Positions 44,087 to 57,652 of a stretch of 64,000 bases of DNA are shown here, one piece after another; position 1 is the stretch's first letter; each line of letters begins with the position of its first letter. Position numbers and translations under genes: made by a program. Below the pieces are notes generated by a model. It was not told where the DNA came from and did not search any database. It worked only from the letters and a program-made list of their open reading frames with translations. The stretch is from the human T2T-CHM13v2.0 reference genome, Homo sapiens: assembly GCF_009914755.1 (NCBI RefSeq), contig NC_060941.1. One strand, written 5' to 3'.

Positions 44087-44830
44087 CTTTGTTATCATGA
44101 GCGGCATCATGATTGTGTTGTTGGCTGAAAGCCAAGCTAGGGTTGACACCCACATATCAAACTCCAAGGCCAGTGCACTTTTCATGATGTGCCAGTACCC
44201 ACCCACTCACCCTTGGATCCTCCCTCCACCGCCACTGTTTTACAGGAATGCCAATACTGTGTCCTGTGTGAATGCTAGGATGTACTCACTGAGCCTCCTT
44301 GAGGCTTGGGTGAGGCCCCTCTTTGGAAGGATGGAGCTGCCTAGCTTCCTCCTGGTCTCATCTCTATCCCCACTCCTTCTCCAACCCTGTCATGGTTCAT
44401 AGCCCCAAAGTGACAGATCTTCCACACTCTGGAATTTTTTTCACACGTGTGGAGGACTGGGATTGCTAGAATTTGTTTCTTTTTATTGGTTGGTGACCCA
44501 AGAAATCTTTGACCTTGTGGACCAGTGGTTTCTCAAATGCAGATATATTTAATAAAGTCAGGGTCTGTTAGCGGATGGTATTGGTCCCTCTCTGGGTATT
44601 TATCTTTATTTTATTGTTTTTCCCCAAGGCTTGATCGTAGACACATAGGTTATGTGTCCATTATAGACATATGCATCTATTTTCAAGAAGTAAATTTTAG
44701 TTCACTTACTGACTAGAAAGGAAAAGAAAGTGTTTTAGAGTAGACACGTCAGACACGACAGATTTTTTTCCCTTTCCGTGCTATAAATGAGCAGTGAAAA
44801 ATGACTTTTGCTATTAAAAGCTGTAGCACC

Positions 44831-45140
44831 AGCCAGGCGCAGTGGTTCGTGCCTGTAATCCCAGCACTTTGTGAGGCCCAGGCAGGCAGATCATGAGGTC
44901 AGGAGATCAAGACCATTCTGGCCAACACGGTGAAACCCCGTCTCTACTAAAAGTACAAAAATTAGCTGGGTGTGGTGGCACGTGCCTGTAATCCCAGCTA
45001 CTCGGGAGGCTGAGGCAGGAGAATCGCCTGAACCAGGAAGTCGGAGGTTGCAGTGAGCCTAGATAACACCACTGCACTCTAGCCTGGCAACAGAGTGAGA
45101 CTCCATCTCAAAAAACAAACAAACAAACAAACAAACAAAA
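44831..45140 (+). mobile_element. AluSc-like with (AAAC)n tail
   Basis: GAGATCAAGACCATTCTGGCCAAC; TSD CTGTAGCACC; TT/AAAA endonuclease site. Confidence 0.95.
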
Positions 45141-45340
45141 AACTGTAGCACCTGTAAAAAATAGTAAATTATAGGACATTATCAAAGTTTATAGGCACTA
45201 GAATTTGACCTTCAGTAAATTCAACATTGGAGGGTAACAGGGTTTTCTTTCCTTTCTTCAAAATGAAAAATGAGAGGGAGGAAAAAGATTTATTTCCTTC
45301 TGGGGCTGGAGTAACAACTGGAAATGGTATTCCCCAGCTT

Positions 45341-45399
45341 AAAGAAAGAAAGAAAGAAAGAAAGAAGGAAAGAAAGAAAGAAAGAAAGAAAGAAAGAAA
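45341..45399. repeat. (GAAA)n tetranucleotide repeat
   Basis: AAAGAAAG array read directly. Confidence 0.95.
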
Positions 45400-45481
45400 A
45401 CCTTTGTTAAATTACATAAAGTAATATAAGAAGTCACTTTCCTTAGAAAAAAATTTAAACCTCATAGAAAAGGCAAAAGTT

Positions 45482-45775
45482 GTGCGGTGGCTCATGCCTG
45501 CCCAGCACTTTGGGAGGCCACAGCGGGCTGATCACTTGAGGCCAGGAGTTTGAGACCAGCCTGGCTAACATGGTGAAACCCTGTAAAAATATAAAAATTA
45601 TCCAGGCGTGGTGGTGCATGCCTGTTATCCCAATTACTCGGGAGGCTGAGGCAGGAAAATTCGCTTGAACTCGGGAGGTAGAGGCTACAGTGAGCCAAGA
45701 TCACACCACTGCACTCCAGCCTGGGTGACAGAGCAAGACTGCATCTCAAAAAAAAAAAAAAAAAAAAAAAAAAAA
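45482..45775 (+). mobile_element. AluS (Sz/Sx-like), slightly 5'-truncated
   Basis: TSD AAAGGCAAAAGT at 45469-45480 and 45783-45794; 28-nt A tail. Confidence 0.93.
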
Positions 45776-47779
45776 GGTGAGTAAAGGCAAAAGTCCCCTT
45801 GTACAATTCCGTCCCCCCTCCCCCCACCTGCTGGCCACCACCCTTGATCTTATTTTCATATGTATAACAGAGCTTTTTCTGTGCATTTATACACTCTTCT
45901 GTATACTCAGAGAAAATAATATAGTCTTGTTTTCTCAGGCTGTCCACCCTCCTCCCAAAACTTTTTGCCTTTTCCTCCATCCTTTCCTGAGACTTAGCTG
46001 GAGGAAGAGGGGAAGTTTGATGGACAAGTTTTTTTTAACATGGGGTTGGATGGTCCAGTGGGTGGTAGTGGTGTTTCCACCTTCTTCTCTAGGTTCTCCT
46101 TGGGCTTTGTGAAGCTTCCTCGATTGCTCATAATCCAGGTTAAGATTGAGTAGATGGATAGTTGGAGGGTACAGGTAAGTATCCAGAGGAGCAAAGTGTT
46201 GGGGGTTGAGTACCAGATACTGTGGCTGACTTGAGCTTCCCGTGCCTTTAGCTGGACCCTGACACCTCTCTGAACTAGGAATGTAGAATGAACTCTCTGC
46301 GAGACATCTGTACCCATTGCCGGATTTTGAGCATGTGAATTGTGTGACGATGTGGGTGCGTGCATGTGTGTGGGTGCACATTTAAGGAGGATTTCTCGGA
46401 GAAGCCACCCCCTCCTTTGTCCTGAAATGCACAATAGAGATCCTTCGCTAAATAAGTCAGCAGATGTTAAGTGATGGTGTTGGAGGAAGGCACCTTCAAA
46501 GAACTGGTTGTTGTTTCAGAAGCAACATGCTGATCAGCCCATCGTGGGCTCCCAGCTGTCCTGTGACATTTCTGCAGCTTCAGGTGCCAGCCTGGGCATG
46601 GCATCTCTGAACAGTGAGACTCTCCATCCTTTTTCTGAGAGCAGAGGCCTCGTAGCTGTTGCTGGATCTTCACAGAAAATGGGTCCCTAATCTCATTCTC
46701 ACCTGCTTCTACTTCTGCTCTGAGGCCAGCTGAGAAAATTGCTCCAGTGCTTTGCTGCTGTCTGAGATTTAAGGTGGGAAGTTGGAGCTGCAGATTTTGA
46801 GAAAGCCACACTGCGATTCAGGAATAGTAGCGAGACCGGCACAGCTGCCCTGACCAGCCTTCCTCCTCACATCCTTGTGAAGCTGTAGTCTTTAAAACTC
46901 TTCACAACTGCTGCCCAGTAGAGGCAGTTTGGTCTTTTCAGAAAGAGGGAAGGGACAGGGTACAATCTGTCACCCTCATCAGCTGGCTAGCCGGTTCCAA
47001 AATGAAGCCTTGGGGAAGAGGAGTATCAGGGCGTGAGGAAGTTGTGCAGACAGGAAGCCGTGACCCCTCCAAGCTTTGCTGACCGTTCTCAGGGGGGATG
47101 TCCTCTTCTCTTTCTTTAGTGAGGAGTAGCTCTCCCATGTCCTCAAATCCAGCTTTCCCAGTGTGGGCACCTGTGACCACACCCTCATCCCTCAGGCTCC
47201 AGTGAGAAGACATGGTAAGGGTTAACCAGTTTGGCCGGCTTCCCTAGACGGGAAATGGAGGTTCACCCAGCTGGTGTCTGGGAGGCAGGTTCTAGTCTTC
47301 TTTCCGGTGGCTCTCTGGGCAATGCATCTTGCAGCCCTCTTCTCTTCTCCACCAGGAGAGCAGGGAGCCTCCTCCAGAGGGGGAGCAGGTGACCCGCAGT
47401 CAGCCAGAAGTGGCCACAGGAACCCCTGTCCATCCTCACAGAGGGGAAGCAACTTCCCCAGGCCACCTTGCCTGCAAGCATGCCAGTGGCAGAGCCAGGA
47501 CTAGAAGTCAGGCCTTTTGCCTGCTGGTTGGTGTGCCCCATGCCAGGCCAGAGGCCTGTTAGTGGGTCCTGGACTCGTGAGGGGCAGCCGAACTGTTGCA
47601 GCAGTCTTAACAATCCATCTGCTTGCTTCCACTCTGTACATTAGGATCATTAAATGTGGACTGTATTTTCTGGACTTACAAACAAAAGTGGGAGGGAAGA
47701 CCTTGTACTTGAAAAGATTGCTCTCTAAGATGGTTCGGATTTGAAGAGAGAAGGCCTGAATTCTCTCATTTTTGCAGTT

Positions 47780-48000
47780 ATAATAATAAATACTTTTCTT
47801 TAATACCTAGAACATGCCAGGAGCTGAGCAAAGTGTATTTTGTACTTCATCTTACGTGTTCCTCTTACCAGCCCATGAGGGTGGTTCTGTCATCACCCTC
47901 GTCTTACAGGTGAGGACTTGGAGAGGTTCAGGTTCTGCCTTCAGTGCCACAGCTGAGAGGTGGGGAACTGGGATTTGGATGCAGGCTCTAACCTCAGACT
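47780..48000 (-). mobile_element. MIR
   Basis: CAGCCCATGAGG...CTTACAGGTGAGGAC...CACAGCTGAGAGGTGG...GGGATTTG. Confidence 0.7.
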
Positions 48001-48080
48001 GGGGAAGGATTCTGCATGGTAGATAGGGAACAGAACTGCCAGGCCAGTGCTGGCTGAGGGCTTGTTTCTGGTTGAGGGAC

Positions 48081-48377
48081 TTTTTTTTTTTTTTTTTTTT
48101 AAGATGGAGTCTTGCTTTGTCACCCAGATGAGTACAGTGGTGCAGTCTTGGCTCACTGCAACCTCCACCTCCTGGGTTCAAGTGATTCTGCCGCAGCCTC
48201 CCGAGTAACTGGGATTATGGGTGTGCACCACCACACCTGGCTAATTTTTGTATTTTTAGTGGAGACGGGGTTTCATTAGGTTGGTCAGGCTGATCTCAAA
48301 CTCCTGACCTCAAGCAATCTGCCCACCTCAGCCTCCCAAAGTGCTAGGACTACAGGCATGAGCCACCAAGCCTGGCC
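48081..48377 (-). mobile_element. AluS (Sx/Sz-like)
   Basis: 20-nt poly-T and a full dimer. Confidence 0.95.
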
Positions 48378-48490
48378 TGAGGGGCTTCTTGCTTTTGCTT
48401 GTGGTCACTTCCCTGCAATGCTGCTGTCTTGATTTTCAGGGCATCTTGTGACAGTGACTGAGGCTTGCTCTCCCTTCTCTTGCTGCCCAG

Positions 48491-48560
48491 GTGATGAGCA
48501 CTACAGGCCTTATAACCTGATGATTTGGGGTTGAGCCATATCCCTAGAACTTCCTATGTG
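48491..48560 (+). other. Candidate 70-nt non-coding internal exon
   Basis: Acceptor CTTGCTCTCCCTTCTCTTGCTGCCCAG|G, donor GTG|GTGAGA; stop codons in all three frames. Confidence 0.3.
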
Positions 48561-48736
48561 GTGAGAAGTCAACAGTATCACGGAACACTTGGTTTTGTGT
48601 CTCATTTCAGCCTAGTAGAGGGACAAAGCAAGAAGTTTAATGCCAACATCAGAAGAGCCACTTGAGCAGACACAAGCATTTGCCTGTGTACAGCATATAC
48701 CTTGTGCCGGGCACGCTTTTCTATTACTTCATTTAA

Positions 48737-48863
48737 CCTATCTATGCCTAGTGTTCCATTATCGGAACGCCAAGCTTGTGGGGAGTTATTTATATCCTAC
48801 TGCTCAAGGTCATCACCAAGGTCTGATTTTTCACAAAAATTTGCAACCTCCGGCATAAATGGG
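48737..48863 (+). mobile_element. MER85 (non-autonomous piggyBac, PGBD3 family), complete
   Basis: TTAA at 48733-48736 and 48864-48867; TIRs CCTATCTATGCC / GGCATAAATGGG; internal GTTCCATTATCGGAAC palindrome; body matches the MER85 consensus. Confidence 0.93.
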
Positions 48864-49010
48864 TTAATTCTCAACACCATCCTCAGGATAGGTACTGTCA
48901 TCATTCCCACTCTACAGGTGAGGGATTGGGCTATAGTAACTTGTTTGAGATCAAAAAGCCAGGAATTGGCAGAGCCAGGATCCAAACTGCCTGACCCCAG
49001 AGCTCATACC
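48864..49010 (-). mobile_element. MIR (host of the MER85; left part ~48690-48736)
   Basis: GATAGGTACTGTCATCATTCCCACTCTACAGGTGAGG...GTAACTTG...GGCAGAGCCAGGAT. Confidence 0.75.
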
Positions 49011-49454
49011 TTTATCTTTCTCATCAAAAACCACTGGTTGGATGAGTACCTCTCTGGGAAGAAAGGGCTGCATGACCCTGTGTGCTATTACCCACCTGTT
49101 GGCCGCCAAGGCTGATACCTGGCAGGAAGCCCTCATTCACAGGGCAGAAGGCTCAGTGAAATAAACAGGCACCCAAGGGCTAAGTGGAGAGGACTGGCTC
49201 GCTCCAGGAGCTCTGTGCAGATCTTGAGCACATTGGCTCAGTATGTTATTGAAATGATGGAGCTCGGGGCGGAGTGATGATTAATAGTGCCTTTGGCAGC
49301 CCCCAAAACCACCAGGAACTGTGGATAGTGAGAGGCCCACCATCCGGTGTCACCACAATGGTGCTGGTGTCCAATGAACGTGTGCTTCCATATACTGTTC
49401 TGAAGGGCAGTAGTGAGTGGTTCCAGCCCGCCTCATCTTCCCTGTAGCTGCTGA

Positions 49455-49800
<346 letters not shown>

Positions 49801-51404
49801 GGCATGTGTTTTCAAGATCTCCTTTGACCCAGGTCTGTGGCTTTGGTCCTTTGCCATGGACTAGAGTTCTTCATAGGCAAGTAGTCCATGTGGCGCTTGA
49901 GCTCTTCACTAGATTAAAGCCAGTAGAGGTAACAGCGCAGCCCCTCTGGCTAGGGAAGAGGGGTGCCGCTAGCATCATTCCATCTGGGGCTTCAACTCAT
50001 CTTTGCATACCAGCCCTGCCTGCTGCTGCTCCTGTCGCAGGCGTGGAAGACCTGGCTGGAACCCTATTCCTGCCATGACCTTGAGGCTGTTCAGTAACCT
50101 CTGAGAGCCTGATTTTCCCACCCACCTTATGAAGTTCTTACAGAGCGCCTAGCTCTCATTCAGGTGCGTGGGAGATGCTCAGTGACTTCGAGTTCCCTCC
50201 TCATGCCTCTTCATGTGGCTCTGGGGCTTGTATTAGAGCTTCCCTTTCTTTTAGAGTACAGCCAGCTGTCTATTGCAGCTTGTATATGAAACGGTCTCTC
50301 TCTGTGGTAACTTTGCACAAAAGATGGTTTTGTGGTCAGCCTCTGAATAATGCAGTGAAGCCCCTGCCCCCCAACTCACACACAGGGAGCTGTGGTCACA
50401 GTCAGACCACTTGGCAGCCATCATAAGACTTGAAATGGGGGGTTTGAAGCCATTGCTTGTGAATTAGCATGTTTTTCTCTCTTTTGCCTTTGTGAAAACC
50501 AACTTCCTGTGCAGCCGCTTGTGTTTTAAAACCCTGAAAAAGGGGGGCCAGCTCTCAGCCCTTGTCCACCGCTGGTTCCTAGGACCGTTATGAATTAAAG
50601 ATTACAGCCGTTAAAAAGAGATCGTCTTTAAACAAGCGCAGTTCTCTCTCCTCATGCCCCCTGAGTGGAGAAGTTTTTGTGTATAGCGAGTCCAAAACAA
50701 ACAGAGATGTTCTTGAGAGACGTGGGGAGCAGGGGCCGAGACAGCAGGAGAGCGAGGGCAGCAGAGGGACAGTGGGGGAGAGCCGGGGAACTGTAGTTTT
50801 GAATTGTTGGCCTCCTGTCTGCATGCTCAGAGAAGCAGGGCCGCGTGGAGTGCCCAGCGGAACCTGCTCATGCTGATTTGCTGCGTCACCTTGGGAAAAC
50901 GTTGGCTTTGCTCCTCCGCAGCACGCACACAGGCACAGGCACACACACGTTCCCATCCCAGCTGGTGCCCGCGTGTGGGTGTTAGGCACAGACTCTTTGG
51001 ACAAAGCTCTGGAGATGAATTGGGAAAGAAGTGTGGTAGAAACATCACCAGGAAGCTTTGTGTTACGGGCCTTGTCACTGCATGTGAAGATAGACCAGAC
51101 GCCCCGCAGAGACAGCCCTCTTGAAACTCTCACCTAAAGGAGATGCTACCAAGGTGAGGGACCTCCGGGCAGCAGAACAAGAACATCGAACAACCACTAC
51201 GGTTTAACAGGAGCAAGAAACGATCTTTCCGAACTTTCCTCTGTGGATGCAAAGATGTTGAAGAGCAGTTCCTGCCTTTGGCAGGGAACTCGGGGTGCAC
51301 ACGGGGAGACAGACAAGAAGGGATGAGTCCAGGGCACTTGTATGTCTGTACCTTCTCTTAGCCTCATAACATCTCTATGAGGGAGCGAAGAACATCACAG
51401 CTTT

Positions 51405-51745
<341 letters not shown>

Positions 51746-52689
51746 TCAAGGGCTTTACCAAGGGTTGTGCTCAGGGCACAACTGGGGCTAAATTCCAAGG
51801 CCTGCTGCCTTTGGGTCCGTAAATCTTCATTGCAGATGTTGATGTAGTTTCCAGGACTGCATCATCTTGGAGTTTATTTTAGGCAGATGATTGCCTTCTA
51901 GGTCATTCTCAACCATTTAAGTATCCTTGGCAGGAGAACTTATCTGAATGGGCCAAGGCTCTTTGAGTTGGGAGCAAGGCGTATTTTCCCACCCAATCTC
52001 CATGCACCCGGGTCCTGTGGTTTCATTGGCACTTCATTTGGAAAGTTGTTGGCTTTTGGGAGGAGAAAGGAAGGAGAAGTTTGGCAGCATCCTGTTCCAA
52101 GGCCTAGAGTTTTAATGTGTGGTCAGACTGTTTATTGATTAATTGGTTTTCAAGAGGGAAACATGTTCTTTCAGGACATAGGGTCTCTAGGACAAAAATA
52201 ACTTTAAAAGAAGAGGTGGAGATGTTAGAGAACACTCTAATAACTCCTATCACTTCACAGCTGGGAAACCTGAACCCCCAAAGGGGTAAGAGATTTTAGA
52301 AAGTTTCACCAAATTCCCCATTTCTCTGGACAGAATTGGACTCTAGATGGAGGACTAGACATTTTCCCCTAGAGCCGTGTTTCCCCAGGGCATTGAGAGG
52401 TGTTAGGAGATGCAAGGGCTCCATGGCCGTACATGTGGCAACTCCTAAATTAAACATTCCCTAAATGCAGGACTTCTCAGAGCATTTACTCTGCTAACAA
52501 GTGGTCTGCTTTTCTAAGAGCTGGTTAAGGTAGGTAATGATTCCTTATTTGGCCAATGAACTTATTTTAAGGAGACTAAATTATCTTTAGTCTTTAAATT
52601 ATTTTAAAATTATTTTTCTCCTAGAAGACCCTATGTCTTGAAAAATATGTTTCCCTCTTAGAAACCAATTAATAAATATTGGGAAGTCA

Positions 52690-53017
52690 GGCCAGGCACG
52701 ATAATTCATGACTATAATCCCAGCAGCTGGGGAGGCTGAGGCAGGAGGATCACTTGAGTCCAGGAGTTTGAGACCAGCCTGGGCAACATAGCAAAACTCT
52801 ATCTCTACAAATAAAATAAAATCAAATAAAATAAAATTAACTAGGCATGGTACTGTATGCCGGTAGTCTTAGCTACTCAGGTGGCTGAAGTGGGAGGATC
52901 ACTTGAGTCCAGGAGTTCAAGAATGCAGTGAGTTATGATTGGGCTCCTGCACTCCAGCCTAGGAGACAACGTGAGACCTCGTCTTTAAAAGAAGAAATAA
53001 AATAAAATAAAATAAAA
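52690..53017 (+). mobile_element. AluJ
   Basis: GGAGGATCACTTGAG in both arms, (AAAAT)n linker and tail. Confidence 0.92.
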
Positions 53018-53133
53018 CTAAGAAGTCAGATGAATTCTGACTCAATAAATTGAAGTCAGATAGATATATTTTTATCAACTGGGCATATACATATATAAAA
53101 ATAGATATCAGATACCATATTGCATATATATAA

Positions 53134-53476
<343 letters not shown>

Positions 53477-54785
53477 ACATATTTTTAATATATGTGTGTG
53501 TATACATATTTTAATCTCTCAATGGCCATCAGAGATTTAGGTCACAGTGTTACCATGCTTTAGTCAGAAGGAAAGAACTCTGGGTCACTGTGCAATTTCT
53601 GGTTGGCTTTTGGAAGCTGACAGCCTCATTGCTGATATCTTCTTCAGGAGCACAAAGTCTCTGACTGGGAACTGCTGGCTACATGGATGGAGAGCCCCTC
53701 TCCAGCTCTAATACTCTCTGTGTTCCATGCCTCTGGGTTATCAGCAAGAAGCCCAGCTGCTCGGCCCATAACTCAGATCAGTTAGCATATAAACTCCAGA
53801 AAATAATTGCCCTCTTAATTGCTACTGATACCATGTCTTGAACCAGGCTTTGTTCAAGGTGGGACACAGGTGGGACACAGGCTTGGTTCACAGGTGGGAG
53901 GGTGCCCTGTGCAGGCCGTGGGAGGATAATTTGAGAATTCCCTTGCCTGTCCCTGCTCCGCGGTTGCTGGGCACCTGGCGAGAGCGTTGGGTTGTTTGCT
54001 TTGGGTAACTATGGCAGATCCTTTTAATTGCCACCAAATAACTTCAGCTCAACCTCGTCAGTGGTTGTTTTGCTGCGTCGCTCGGAAGAATGCCTCCCTC
54101 TTTGTAAGAGCTGGATGGATGGGAGCTTGGCAGAGGCAGGCCAATGCTCTTTAATGTTTTCCTTCCCATTTAATAAGTGTTGAGTAAAACTTGAGTTTAG
54201 GGTGTTTATGTGGCACAAAAGGTAAACCATTTGTGGTGTTTTGGAACCTGGGCTAAGTGTTTCTCACACACATCCTCATGACATGGTAATGACTACCTTT
54301 GTGTTAAACTTGGGTCACTGTCAACTTTCTTCTGAAGTGCTCCCTGCTTTGTTTTGGGGGCAGGGGTGGGAAAGGAATGAGGTGAGAGAAGGTGAGGTGA
54401 ACATGGGATGCCGCACGGGGGCATTGTCCTCAGTCGGACTTTCTAGAAAAAGGCATCACGCGGCCTGGAGACAGGAAGGGAGAGATTTTAATCATCTGCT
54501 GTGGCTTTTGCTCTTCTGACATCAGAATGGTAGGAGGCCCTGAACTTTTGACCTCTGGCTCCAGGTCCATAAATGTCCCGAGGTTCCCAGGAAAAGGAAG
54601 ACTTGTTAGATGGGAACCCTGATGTTTGATTAGAGCAGCTTTTAGTCACTACTGTCATGTGTTTGTTTATTCAGGCACCAGTTGCATCTGAGTAGTGGTA
54701 GGTCCTGGAGACAGGAGGCACAGCCTTTACTCATGGCCTCATGGTAAGGTAGAGTCATGCAGAACATTTAACGAAAGTATGGCTT

Positions 54786-55644
<859 letters not shown>

Positions 55645-56606
55645 TCACCTGGGGAGAGTACTAATGGGACATGAGGCACCCCGCCTGTGTGTTTGGAGAA
55701 CTACAGCAGTTTGCAATGCCAGAAGGAACAAAGGGAGGCGAGGAACCATGGCAGTAGGGTGGAGGTGGGCAGGGGCAGGTCCCAGTGGTGCTAGGAAACT
55801 TGTACTTTATCCATAGGCAGGGGAGCTGTGGCTTCTATAGCCTTCAAGGGGAGGTCACCATTGAGCCGAGAAGGGAGAGGAGCTTTCTAGGCAGAAAGCG
55901 TGGTTGACTGAAATGGCAGAGTGTGTTCTGAGGAGGGTGGCAGGCTCTGGGTGGTGCATTTCTTCCGGCCAAAGGAGAGACGTGAGGCAGGAGCTGTGTG
56001 TCTTCCATACTGTGCTCACTCACCATGCTCAATGCTCAGAATCCCTCCTTGCAGAGGCTGCAGCCCTCTTTGTAGGTGCTTTGGTGGAAAGTTAAATTTG
56101 ATTGTCCTATGGGCCTGTGGCAGGGGCTGCAGTCTCCCCTTGTCTCAGTGCCCCATTTCCTCTGAAGAGTGGGCATTGGCAACACCCTTCATGACACTTG
56201 AGCTTGTGCCCATGGGGTCTGCCGGCTTCTCCCTGCCCTTGACCCGGCCGCAGAGTGGACTGCACAGATCACATGGGTGCAGTGTTGTCACCCACTCTTC
56301 TCTGGGCTCCACACACAGACAGCATTTGGCCTGCTCCCCGAGGGCCACACGGTCATCCTAGGCAGCTGTTCAGTGGTAATTAGTCAACCCAAGTCTCACA
56401 GGTTCAATGACTCATTGTCTTAAATTTAATAAGTACAGAAAAACAGAGTGCTGATGTATTAAAAAATTAATCCTCCTAAGAGGTAGCCTCGGCAGAGGGG
56501 CTTGGAATGAAGGGAAGCAGAGGGAATGTGCAGGGAAGTAGGAAATTTCTCCTTCTGGGGCCCGGGCTGCTGTCGGGAACAGTAGGGCAGAGCCCCAACT
56601 CTTGGA

Positions 56607-56890
<284 letters not shown>

Positions 56891-56996
56891 AGAACCCTTG
56901 GGTTTTGAGAAGGAGATGGCAGCTCTGCATAAACTTTCTTCTCTTACTCTTCCTTTTCCATTACCCCATTTCCTTCCTCTTGTCCTTCTCTCTTTC

Positions 56997-57321
56997 TGTA
57001 TTAGTTTCCTAGGGCTGCCATAACAAAGTACCACAAACTGGGTGCCTCAGCTACAGAAATGCCTTGTCCCACAGTTTGGGAGGCCAGAAGTCCAAGATAA
57101 GGGTGCGGGCAGGGTTGGTTCCTGCTGAGGGCTCTGAGGGACAGTCTGTCCCAGGCCTCTCCCCTTGCCTCTGGTGGCTTGCGGGCAGTCTTTGGCATTA
57201 CTTGGCTTGTAGACACATCACTCCAATCTCTGCCTTCATCTTTATGTAACCCTCTCCCTGTGCTCATGCCTGGGCCTAAATGTCCCCTGTTTGTAAGAAC
57301 ACCAGTCACATTGGATTAGGG
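56997..57321 (-). mobile_element. MLT1 (MLT1C-like) MaLR LTR, partial
   Basis: TGTATTAGTTTCCTAGGGCTGCCATAACAAAGTACCACAAACTGGGTG...GGAGGCCAGAAGTCCAAG...CATCACTCCAATCTCTGCC...CACCAGTCACATTGGATTAGG. Confidence 0.92.
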
Positions 57322-57597
57322 TTCTCTCCGACTTTCTCTTGCTCTGTGTCTCTCTGGTGCCACCTCACCTGCCTGGCCCTTCATGGTTCACCTTACTGTG
57401 TGGGTCCCAGCCATCCACCAGAGATGGACAGGTGCCTCCTGGGCTGCCAGCCCCTGCCAGGACTCCTTTCTTTGCCTTTCCAGAGGTGGGTGTTGTGCCC
57501 ACGTGACCCCAGACATCTCACCTTGCAGCTTCTAGATTCCCCTGCCCTTCTCTGACAAAACTTTTCTTCTGGAACATTGACTAACTCCTCTGTGTAG

Positions 57598-57652
57598 GCT
57601 GCAGTTCCCAGCAGGGGTTTATGAGTGTGGACAAGAAAAAGGGTATATCTAT
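57598..57652 (+). other. Candidate 55-nt internal exon (alternative acceptor at 57484)
   Basis: Branch point GACTAAC, acceptor TCCTCTGTGTAG|G, donor TAT|GTGAGT. Confidence 0.3.

Noticed and set aside
48491-48523. GTGATGA...CTGA resembling C/D boxes
   Set aside because: Only 30 nt between the boxes and no distal D box.
52370-52570. Possible hAT-Charlie DNA transposon relic
   Set aside because: Similarity is too weak to name a family or set boundaries.
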